Source of the DNA: Acanthaster planci
Lineage: Eukaryota
Length of the DNA: 30,742 nt
Assembly: GCF_001949145.1 (NCBI RefSeq)
Contig: NW_019091358.1
Span: 62,001 to 92,742, forward strand
Direction: 5' to 3'
The notes beneath the pieces are model-generated. The model worked only from the letters and a program-made list of their open reading frames with translations, was not told where the DNA came from and did no database searches. The position numbers and the translations under genes are program-made. Below, one piece after another: positions 19,924 to 30,742 of the stretch; the stretch's first letter is position 1, and each line of letters begins with the position of its first letter.

Positions 19924-22460
19924 AGGTAGGGTCATACTTTGGCAATCCCCCCCAGAAAAATTTGTGGGATATTTATTTGAAAGCATAACTGGTATAAAGA
20001 TGGTAATAGTACTAATCACACTGTAAAATTATTTTGTCTAAAATGTTCCCATTGATTATAAATCAATAAAAGTATGTTGAAAAATTCCCATCTCCAAAAG
20101 TCGCCTGCAGTGGCCTTTGGAATGCTGCCCTTATACACTGCATTCCCATCGACCTTGCATTACACAGATATACTGCGATATTTCGATGCAATACTGTACT
20201 TCACGAGGTGGCAACTTGCTGTGATAGACAGCACACTGTAGGGTGCCGCACAGTCCGAATCAACTTTGGAGTTGGATGAACTGCTGCTATGCGAGACTCT
20301 ACAGTGCTGAATCAGATCTGCAAAAAAACTTTGGCAGACTCGTAAGTGAAAACCGGCTGCAAGTGTGGTTTATCGCTACTTTGGTATTCAAGAACCATGA
20401 CTTGCATTGCAATAGCACTGCCAGTGAACTGAAGTACTTGATGAGGAATACGACTGTTATCTCTCTTGAACTTTATAGTGTCTGCTCTTCTTGATAATGA
20501 ATTCTACAAACCATTCATGAGGCATGGATTATTTGCAGAAACGGGATTGGCATGCAAACTGATATTTTGTTTCATTTTCAGATGAGATGACAATAATGAA
20601 CTCGCAAGTACTACATGTATGATTTCTTAAAATTCCAAACAAGTGTTCTTGTTTCTCTACAACATTTGAGTATATACATGTGATCTTTGCAGAAGTCTGC
20701 GAGTGCCACTTTTTTTTTGAATTTCTAGATTTCAGTTCATAGTTTCATTTCCAATTTCTATTCTTGAAACAATACCTCGAAAATTCAGACTTCCAGCAAA
20801 CAAATGTCTCGAGAATTCAGATTTTCAACAACAAAAATACAGAATATGTGTGAAGTACTCATGTACTGATGGAAAATTCAGACTTTGAATGAATAACTAG
20901 AAGACACGGCTTCCCTTCCCATTCAGACAGTGAATGAAAGCTTGAAATTCACGATTTAAATTTATTGTCACAATTCCATATCTTTTATATTTGGAATCAC
21001 ACATTTCTTGAAAGAGAAAATGAACTGTCTGGCAATCGGCAATATAATAATTGGCTTTTCAATCTCAGCTTTGTGAAAAGTCGCAGATCCTTCATCATTA
21101 TACCTTTATACAGTAATTGTCATCAACGAAACTATATACCTCTTTTGCTGCAGTGTCCAAACTTACGTTTTCACAAATTGGCTAGATTTTGCTGGTTGAG
21201 TGGCTCAAACAAAGAATACTTCATTGGAAAATGGAAAATTTTCAGTATATTTACAATGTATTTACAAAAATGTCAGCCCCATAACCCTAAGAAAACAACA
21301 TGAAATAAAAATAAAAGCAAAGATGTCGCAGGCTAATTGAACCCCAACCCCCCCCCCACACACACAAACACACCCATTAACGTTTTTATAAGCTGGATAT
21401 GCCACTGGAACATGCTCTTGGTACTTTTTTGCAACTGCATGGAAACACCAGAGATTTGATCGCATGACACCAGAACTTTGCACACCCCGCACTAGTTGTC
21501 ACAAAGCCCTCTTCCAATGGAAGCGAAGTTTTTTAAAGCTGCAAGTTTACAGTGAAATGATGCAACCACAAGTTACAGTGGAGCTTGTTAATCACTACTT
21601 CTGCTCATGCAGAAATGAAACCCTCACTGACATACATGAATATTGATATTTCATTGCTAGCCAATCACGGCACAATAACCTGATGGTCCGAGGATGCTGT
21701 TTACACAGCTCCACGCCGATGTGTGGGTATACACCACATGCTGGATTTTCATGTACATGTAACATGTAAGTACATGTACACATACTCCATGTACATGTCA
21801 GTAGACATTGTACATTTTTGTACATGTGCCAAAATAGCCTCCAAAAATGCAGCCCGAGCCATCTGGTCAGTTGATTCCCACATGTGCAACAAAACAACGG
21901 AGACCTGCTTAATAGCAGAGATTTAACACCCTTGGAGTTATATTTCTCCCTATTTATACAAATTCGAAAGTAAAAAGAATTTAAATACTTGTTATCACTG
22001 TAAATCTTGTCCCACAAATGTTTTTGGCACACTGTTGCTTGTCGATATATTGCCATTCTAAGCATGTATATTTATTACAAGTTTGATTTAATGTGAACTG
22101 CCTTTTTTCATCATTGTTTGAAGAAGAGTTATTGGCTTACAAAAGCTTGAAACTTGCAGGAGGAAGGTATACAGAAGTATTCCATAGAGTTACATGCAGT
22201 TACACGGAGTGGCCAGCATGCAGTTAGCAACCGTTATGACTATGTCTGAGATGGTGCTATTATGATTACAGCCACAATTATTTTTCGTCTCGCTAATCGT
22301 GAATGGACTCAACGTTTTTGTGGAAAATAGCGTGACAGTTTTTTACTGTTTCTCAAGAAGTAGAACTGTATGGAGCTGAAATCTTCACAGGTGACTTGAA
22401 TTGATAATTTTGCTTACTAATCAGCATTCCCCTGACAAAAACCAATCTATGACCCTACCT
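19924..22460. mobile_element. Kolobok-type non-autonomous DNA transposon (~2.5 kb)
   Basis: Left end TTAA|AGGTAGGGTCATACTTTGG; right end CCAATCTATGACCCTACCT (17/19 match, first 13 perfect). TTAA plus an AGG start is the Kolobok signature; the right TTAA is lost (CAGA). Confidence 0.7.
21750..21828. repeat. Low-complexity (TACATG)n cluster
   Basis: Repeated CATGTA/TACATG hexamers. Confidence 0.7.
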
Positions 22461-22873
22461 CAGAACATAAGTTGAACAGTACTGCCTTTTGAGTATTTGC
22501 TTTGTTTCAGGGCCACAGTGTAAATCCATGTCAGAAACTGTAAATGACTCGTGTGCTTATCCAGATGAAAAGTTAACAAGGAAACTTTGTACAAAATTTT
22601 GTCTTTCAGCAATGTCCATTTTGTGGATACCTGCTGTACATTGGGTATTTGCATAATTTATGACAAAACATCTATACATTGAAAATCAATGGTTTTAATT
22701 CAAACAAACACTTCACAAGTAGCACAAAATTAATTAGATCCCCATATTTTTAAGCTCTCGAGGCTGCATCCTTGTCCCATTTTTATTTGTTAAATTATTT
22801 ATGCAATTAATAATTATCTCAAAATATGGAGGGCATGACTTTTCGACCCTAGCCGAATCTTTCTCACAGGCAA

Positions 22874-23013
22874 GATCCCAGCAGAATCTTTCTCAAAGGA
22901 TTTTGCCTTTGAGAAAGATGCTGCTAGGATCAAAACGTCAGGCCGCTTTGAGATTTGTATTTCAGGTGATTGTAGTCAGCAAGCAGTTTGCAGCAGTTTT
23001 GTATTACATATCT
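22874..23013 (-). mobile_element. Half copy of the 8190-8417 MITE ending in a fold-back hairpin
   Basis: Reverse complement of 22900-23013 matches 8190-8309. Arms 22874-22899 and 22906-22931 are inverted, 24/26 match. Confidence 0.85.
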
Positions 23014-23034
23014 TTGCCATTAATAATTAAACAT

Positions 23035-23304
23035 CTACATACCTGCCTGATAGTTTGCTCTCTTGATGTGAAGTTCAGGGGAGTCCTGATTTGGAGGCAT
23101 GGCAATCTCAGATTTCCTTGAAAGATGGAACATGTTGTAGCAGACTTTATTTACTTCAGTAAAGTTCTTTTGTCTATATAATTTGCAAAGTCCCCAGTGA
23201 TGCCATCATGCCAGGATCTGCATCAAAGCACTTGCCCAGGCTTTTAATGAACTGCAAACTTGGATATCTTTGACCAGCATAGTCAATGCTTTCTTTTTGC
23301 CTCT
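23035..23304 (-). pseudogene. Academ XPG-like domain C-terminal fragment (piece C)
   Basis: With frameshifts: RGKKKALTML...SLGKCF...LCKLYRQKNFTEVNKVCYNMFHLSRKSEIAMPPNQDSPELHIKRANYQAGM* (cf. GKGKKK...CxLY...VNxLRYxxF...LPP...LHxxRANYQAxIW). Confidence 0.8.
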
Positions 23305-24377
23305 AGTAATTGAGCATTTCATTTCATTCTGTGTTAACAATGAAACGCATATGTGCAGCAGATGAATTTGTTAAGGCATTTTCAAGCACTGGCCCTAGAG
23401 AGGACAAAAGAAGGCACATGTACATGTGATATGTGGCCTGTTCCAGCTAAACTTGGCTGAGCGTTTATTGTTTTTTCTAGCAAGGGCTAGTTTTAAACAA
23501 AAGGAAGTATCTTGTGTATTATTAGTTTCATAACCCTTTAATCTATACATTGACTTGTTCACAGAGAGCATATGATAGAGCAGGGTTTGCCTGATCATAT
23601 AATTTGTCTTATTGCAAATACATCTGATTTATCACATGAATTTGCTGGATTACTCTTTTATTCCAGAAAGTTGGCAGGTATGACACACCAGTGGTGTGGA
23701 CATGTGAGACTACTTTTATGTATGGATGATTGTGACAGGTCTGATCCAGACATGACTGCACAGAACACAATCTGGGTGTGCACTTACCACTTCTTACACG
23801 AGTCTTGATTCATTCTTGCTCAAAGCTTGGTATTCGTGAGTGGAGACATGTACCCATGCTTTAATTGTCAAGCTTAGGAACTGTTGTGTTTTTAAGCATG
23901 TCTGTAAAATAAAACATGTGTTTGTGTTGAATGAACAGAATTGCTGTACACACTGTGATTGAATCTTCATTACTAACAAATATTATTCTACACATCATTT
24001 GTTTGTTTTAGATATCCTAATTTTATGTATAGTTCCTCCTCCACCTATAAGGCTTATCTGTAGTATTGTGTGGGACCCTGTTCTAATTCATTAAAAAGCA
24101 CTAGGATCGTTTATGCTTCTTTATTTGACAATAGAGTATACATGTGTACAGTATTGTAAAATAAAAGACGTTTGTTTGAGTAGAATAATAACAGTTTACA
24201 GCACAGATTGATTTAACAATATTTTAATCATCATAATCTGCCACAACTTTATTTATTCACAACAATGATGTTTACTACTGGTAGCTTTAAAAATTGAAGT
24301 CATTTTTCTCTTAAAAATGTAAATCTCTGACAAAGTCATGTCAAATACTTATGATGTATTACATGATTTTGCTTGAT

Positions 24378-27300
24378 TACCATTTTTTAGCCCACAAAGT
24401 TGGCAGGTATGCATAAGCAGTAGAAGCTGTGTACGTACCGATTGTAGAGTGGGGAGACCTTCCAGGGAGAGATGGGCAATGAATGCAGCTATATGGGCCA
24501 CTTGGAGCCAGCCAGAGACGGGGAAGCCCACCACTATGCTGGAATCGAATGAACTGATCCACACCCTTGCTATAAGTACTACTAGCAAAGGAAGCTCCCA
24601 GGAGTGGAAAGATTTCTGTGTTTATAGCTTCCATAGAAATGGCTGGACTTCCACCCATCTTTGGCAGCTGAGGGTGCAACCTCCCAAACTTGGGTCATCT
24701 GTGAACAGGATAGTGTGTCAGCAACATCATTATGGCTACCTGGAATGTGTCTAGCCTTGATGCTGACATTGTCCTTGAGGCATTACAGGACAAAGAAGTG
24801 AACACAGTTTCATGATTTTTGCATATTTTGATGATGGTTTTACTATTTAATAATTGTAACCACAGCCTCATCTGACCAAATTAACATTCTTTTTCCACGA
24901 GGGATTTGCCACATACTGAGACAGCCACCACAACTGGAAAGACCTCCAAGCAATGGAATGGTTGCTGCCTTGGACAGACTGTGGCCAAACCCTGTTCAAT
25001 CACTGGCCTTGAAAGAAATCTGCAAAGCCAATCCCCTTGCTAACATCTGTGAACAGTTGAAGGTCTTCGTTGAGTGCTCTGTAGTGGTCCAGAATCATTG
25101 TCTTACCATTAAAGCTGCGAAGGAATACCTGCCACCTGAAGGTCCTGCCTCGCACCCTTGGAGAGACTGACAAGTTGCCAAGGTGGTTGTGCATATTTAG
25201 TGGAGTCTATCAGCTGTCTGAGGCAGGCTCGCCCAGGGTTGACAGCATGGCACAGATAGGATAGAGATCCAGTGAGTGATTGGAGAGTTTTAAGTATTAT
25301 CTTGGAAGGACTGAGTGCATCAGAGATATTTTGGAGCTTGTCTGTGGGGATGGGTACTGTTTGCACGATGAAATTAATTTCTAACTCCAGAAAAGGAAAG
25401 TTGTGTCATTAGGACTGTTTTGTCATTTTTTCAAGGCACCCCTAGTTCTGTACATAACAAGAACGCTAACTTCTCATTTTCCGCGCAGAGAAAATTTGAC
25501 TCCGTCTTGGGCGCAGACATTTTGAATCTATTATGTCCGTGCTTGCAGAACGTTCAAAATGAGATAGAAAGGGTATCGAATTATTTATTATAAATGCAAT
25601 GCTCAAGTACACGAAACCTGGGTGAAAAATTCTAATAGGCCCTGACACAAGAGAAACCCACTTGAACTTGCTTCCCCTTAGGCAGTAGGCAGAAGTCATA
25701 AGGGTTAATGGGCAGAAAACAAAATGCATATTTGATGTGGGCTTTTGCCATAAGAGTCCCTTTTCCCAAATTAAGTACTAGGTTAACTGTGTCATCAGAA
25801 GAGATATATTGTACTGAACATAATTTTTTGTCAATACTGTCATTGATTAAGTTGGGGTGAGAAAGGTAGTGGTTAAGCCTAAAGCTGCCTGGTTCAGCTT
25901 TGGGGACAAGACGTATTGGAGAAATTCAAAGCTTTTTGATTTGACTTATTTGAAATGGAGCCTGTTGTGCGGCCCAGTTTAACCTCTTTTCCCAGCTTGT
26001 CAAGTGCTAGGGTAGGATTACTTCTGAAGTCAGATAATTTGCATCCCTGCAAGTGGGAGGGCCCTCATAGCCTCGTCTGAACCCAAGTGTAAACCTTCAA
26101 CATAGCAAAGATGCTGCCTTAGTGTTGGGTAAGTGTTGAGTAAAAATAGGAGTCACCCTAGGTTCACCGGGGAAGGTGCAAGACTGCAAGTGCAGTTTGA
26201 AGAGTTGGCACATGGCCGGAGTGTAGGTTGTGCCCCCCTGTTGGGTGGGGTTTTCTTATTAGCAAGAGTTTTGCAGACGGAAGCCCCATGCCCACCTGCC
26301 TAGAATGTGGAACACTCATACAGGAATGGACACTGCCTGTGGGCAACAGGACGCCTAGTTGTACTTGAAACAGACACCACTGCTGTAGGGGTTTGGACGG
26401 GACTGCCAATGAAAGGAGTTGAATGGCTGTTTTGAGGCGGTGAGTAGGAAATCTGTGCCCATGAGAGCTTAAAAGAGACCTGAGACCAAAACATGGAGAG
26501 CCCACAGCTCTGTATCAGGGATAGACCATGACCTAGATGGATGAAATTTGTGACATATCCGAAACTGTTGGTGGTAATCTTGCCACCCACATCCAGGGAA
26601 GCAAGCAGTGGCCACACATGCCATATGCATGTACTTAAAGTAGTTCTTATGAGCAAGCAGGGGGAGTGCTGAGGAACACCACCGCAAGGACCAGTAATGC
26701 ATCGGTCCAGACCAAGATTGAGTTCATCTGTGTTTTTCTTTGTGTCTGTCACTTGCAGTTGGGCTCACTGTTGCATGGTGAAGGTGAGGTTGGAGGGGGA
26801 GGGGCTGGATTCCTGGCGGTCAAGGAGAGAATCAAAATCTACAAACTTGCTTCTAACAATATTTTTCCCTGGTCCCAGTGGAAACTATGGTCCTGAGAGG
26901 TTTGCAAACCTACAGCAACCCCCCCAACTATATGGGATTGGTGGTGTTATTGGGTTGGTTGGCCAATTGTGTGGTGGGGGCTGGGAACCTGCAGTGGCCT
27001 TTGATATGGAAGCCAAATTGGTTCCCAGAATATTGCACTCACCGGATTCTGATAGGCTTGATGGGAGACTGAAGGCCACACAAGCTGGCCAGAGGTGGCA
27101 GGCCTGGGCATGGAAGCGGGTATGGTAGGGTGAACTTGAGGTTATGCTGGAGCATGTGGAAGAGGGGCCCTTGGAACACCGAAAAAATGAGGAGCTGCCA
27201 AGCTGCTTGAGCAAGTTGGATGGCTGGTAGGTTGGATATGGAGGAAAGACAATATGTGTAGGGCTTGGGCAAATCTTAGGAACCCGGACAGAGGTGGCAT

Positions 27301-27850
27301 GACACTGGCAGGTGCTGCAGGTGGGCTAACTTCGTGCAGGAGCCAGTTGGGTGGCAGCGCAGGTCATAGTTGTTGCAGCTGCCATGGAGGTTAGCATGGG
27401 TCTAGTGTGTGCTTCACCCAGCTGGCAAGGTCAAACCAGTTAGCAATGTTAGCAGGAGGTTAGCCTTGGATGGGGCCGGTTGCGGCATAGAATGCTGGCC
27501 CACTGAAGGCTGGGGGTCTAGGGTGTGAGCGTCAACTGTAGAAACAGCCAAATTTTCTCAGCCTCCATGGGATTGGTCATGGTTGTTGATGCCGCAGTGC
27601 TTGCTGTGGATGAGCTTGCAGTAGATATCAATAGAGGGCACTGTTCATGGAGACTGTCGCAGGTGTTACTGTTAGAATCAAATGGTGATGTGCTGACGCT
27701 AATGTCTGGCTTAGGAGAGACTGGAGGGCCTGAGCCTGAGTGCAAGTAGGAGCCGTAGAAGGTCATTTCCCTTACTTACCATTGTCCTTCTTGGTCTTCC
27801 AGTTTTGTCCTCAGTTTCTCATTACCATGGACCATCAGGCGACAACTTGA
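24378..27850 (-). mobile_element. Ngaro-type tyrosine-recombinase retrotransposon remnant (gag, RT, RNase H, YR N-terminus); 3' truncated
   Basis: gag: KFVDFDSLL and WQDYHQQFR...SWSIPDTELW. RT: ISPIRLVPKAEPGSFRL..LS.P..INDSID, GKGTLMAKAHIKYAF, LQSLTGSLSYLCHAVNPGRA. RNase H: FTDVSKGIGF, LLEVFPVVVAV, HIPG..N..AD. YR core-binding region: LLGASFASSTYSKG...STIGTY. 5' boundary approximate. Confidence 0.85.
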
Positions 27851-29209
27851 GATAGTCAGAATGATGAAAATAGTTGAGAGTATTTTCCAGACGTGTTCAG
27901 TGCTCAGCAAGATAGCATGAAAGGGGAGAGAGTGCACTAAATTACCGTGGCCTGCCTAGATCCTGGGTAAAGATTAGTTGGGAAGTGAAGGTATTGCAGG
28001 AATACAACCACTTTAGAAAACTTCCTGTGGGCTGTTAGAATGCCTGCTCTTGCTCCCCTGTGCCAAAAGGGTTTTTCAGAGAGGAGAACTGGAAAACCTT
28101 ATTAAATGATAAATAATGCATTATGTACATTGCATTTAGAGTATGTTATATGGAATTCCCTTCTAGTTGTATTTCATTATGTTCAACAAACAAGGATATG
28201 TGCATGTGTGTGCCGACAAGGCATCAACAGTTCTTTGTCCAGGGAATAGTGGCTTTAGGCTTAATTCATAGAGGGGGCTCTTAAAGCAAATCTTTGTTTC
28301 TATTTCTGCTGACATTTTCAGAACAAAGAACAGTTTTCTATTAAGTAAACAGTTTCCCAGTATTTCCATTGAGAGAAGCTGCCCAATTTTGTCCCCCTCT
28401 TTTCCCCTTTTTCTCCATGTTCTACCTCAAAGTCCATAGACTTTGTAAATGTTTTTCTGAATGCCACTTTGGTCACTGTTAAAGCTTTGGTCATAATGAG
28501 ACTGCCAAAGCAAGGCTTTATACCTAAGAAGAAAAATGAAAACTCACATTATGATAACCCAATCAATGACATCAATTTAAACTTGCCCTTTGAAGACCTT
28601 TATTGAGAGAACAAATACAATTGGGTTCAAACACGGTATGTGTGTAGACAGGAATGTGTTCAAGATGAAAACTGAGGTATTGCCATACTTATGTCATCCT
28701 ATGATTTTCATGATTTTTTTAGAATTCTTTTTAACATATTTTCTGAACAAAGTAGTTTTGAATGTATTTGCAAGACCTTTGGTAGGACAATCGATGTGTG
28801 TGTTTTTTAAATTGTGACATCATGATGACATCATCAAAAAGTTCAATTTTTGTGTACACACAACAGCATTTGATCAATGTGAAATTGAATGGGTCTCCAA
28901 ATGTTAACTGATACATATAAACTGCTATCATGAGGATGTCATTTAAAATTTTGATATTATTTGAATATTTACCATGTTTTTTAGTCTTTTTTTTTACACA
29001 CACGTCGTAACCATTTGAAGCGTTTTAAGTAGAGATTCAAAAACTGTATGTGTAGTGTAGTGATGTTTTGATGAAATAGTCTTGTGATAATTTTGTAGCC
29101 TTTACGTCTTTGTCCAAATCCCCTGGACCTTTTTAAAGTAGAATAAATACGTATCAAGAGACAGACGAATTTTGGAAAATTAAAGTTTATCATTACCTTT
29201 GTTCTGCAG

Positions 29210-29341
29210 GATGGATACATATTGCAATGAAGCAGTTTTACATGTAAAACATTCCACAAGGATTTCCTGTAAAAGATTGGTTGCTGAGCTTGAAAGTGGA
29301 GGAAATGTCAGATTTGAAGAAGGCCATTCAGCAAATGCATG
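29210..29341 (+). CDS. LRRC9: LRRC9 internal exon (E-MDTYCNEAVLHVKHSTRISCKRLVAELESGGNVRFEEGHSANA-W)
   Basis: Acceptor CCTTTGTTCTGCAG|; its first G completes the split codon GA|G from exon 4074; 132 bp open; donor TG|GTAAAG. ELESGGNVRFEEG matches recalled LRRC9 ELETVGNFHFEEG with no gap across the junction. Confidence 0.9.
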
Positions 29342-30742
29342 GTAAAGTATTGTATCCATTTTTCTTTCCATCACATCTCAGAATTAAAAATAAAAATTCC
29401 TTTTATGTATTCATTCCAGATTCTCTCTATAGAGGCTGTTCTGAAAAGGAAACTGAGATTTAGGGTGAATTTGTCACTGACAACATTGTCATAAATGTGT
29501 ACATTTCATTTGATACTAACATGATATGCTTGAATTATTCATTACCGATCATGGACAATCTGAGTTGTGAAGCCAGCATTGACATTGTTCGAAGAATTCA
29601 GTCTGTGGCATTGCACACTTTTTAGATATTTTAAGGAGTATTTACTGACATAACTGTGTTAACTCTCACATCAGGCAGGATAGAGTTTTGAAAGATTGTA
29701 GTTAGCCCGAGGTTAGACATACACAATTTTTTAGCCATTCCATTTAGTGGACAAACTAGGGTTGAACAACTAGTGGAATTAGTTTAACTAATCACCAATG
29801 CCAAAATATATTGGTAGTTACACCATCAATTTCTAGATAGTCTGTTTATTGCTCTATGACTAGTGGTTGGAAATCGTACACGGTGTCCATGACTGTTTGC
29901 ATCGCTGTGAACGTGAGGGCGCAAGAGGCCATCAGTTTAAAATCGGGTTTGCTCCGGTTGTGCTCTTGCCATTTCCATGATCCTGCTAAATTGGTCTGCT
30001 TGCCGGAAGTTTTAAATGGAAACTCTAAGGAAAGGCTTCGCGGATGAGGTTAATGGTTCATTCTCCCACTGTGGTGGAGGTTCAGTTGGTGCAAGATGGA
30101 AGATTTATTTCAATTTAGAGAGAACAGGTAGGAGATATCCTAACCCGGTTTTGGTTTTCGAATTCAAATGCCCAGGAAGCAAAGCATTTAGACTATGGTT
30201 AGATCTCCTTCCATCTCTTTGGGGTGTTTCAGTATTTACAAGAGAATGTTGTTCAGGTTTCATTCATTTGGCTCGCTATTTGCCTTTTGCGAGGGGAACG
30301 GCTGCTAAGATTGGTGGGCACAGCAATGTCAGCAGCTCAACAAATACACAGAGTCAATATTCACCAATTAAGGTTGTATGTCCATGTGCATGTATGTTCT
30401 TTTATCACACACCAAGCTGAGGGCATGGCTAATATAAACCCCCCAGTGTATAGGAACCCACCACCCAAGCCCAAGATTACATTCGTCATGGAAGTATGAA
30501 AATCGACTGTAGTAGTCCTATGTGTGCAGGCATTCGGTGGCCCAACAGGGTTTTGCAAGTTGTGCTGGGCAGCACAGCAGACTTATCAAAGATGACATAA
30601 ATACATTTTCCATGTTCACTTTATTATGAGATGACCCTGTTTAATGACTAGTTATGTAAAGAAGATTCATGCTGTGTGAGGATAATTTCATGTTGTATGT
30701 ATAAAATATCACACAAAGCCAAAACAGTATTGTTTTCGTTAA

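Noticed and set aside
21880..22065. KolX-like motif (LRMAIYRQAT...RSPLFCC) inside the Kolobok element
   Set aside because: Too short and wrongly spaced to support without a profile search.
28480..29136. Possible TTAA-ended MITE (…GGACCTTTTTAA)
   Set aside because: No matching opposite TIR found.
29856..30558. ORFs 30016-30420 and 30224-30499, or the next LRRC9 exon
   Set aside because: No recognisable domain, and the expected continuation (FxxCxxLxxSRF-like) is not visible, so it probably lies beyond the window.

Overview
Eukaryotic (animal) genomic DNA, probably a marine invertebrate; the repeat content suggests an echinoderm, but that is only inference. The single host gene is LRRC9 on the + strand, seen as four internal exons (<1-42, 1606-1761, 3866-4074, 29210-29341) that splice in frame. 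The last two are separated by a 25,135-bp intron (4075-29209) filled with decayed, nested transposons. These include Academ-type DNA transposon pieces, a Penelope-like remnant carrying a minimal hammerhead ribozyme, DIRS1-type and Ngaro-type tyrosine-recombinase retrotransposon remnants, a tRNA-derived SINE, and piggyBac-, MULE-, hAT- and Kolobok-type non-autonomous elements. The most unusual item is a CRISPR-looking array of four 29-30-bp cores at 7483-7763. Their substitutions preserve a minus-strand stem-bulge-stem-loop. All family assignments come from motif recognition by eye, no database searches were run, and TE boundaries lacking TIR/TSD evidence are approximate.
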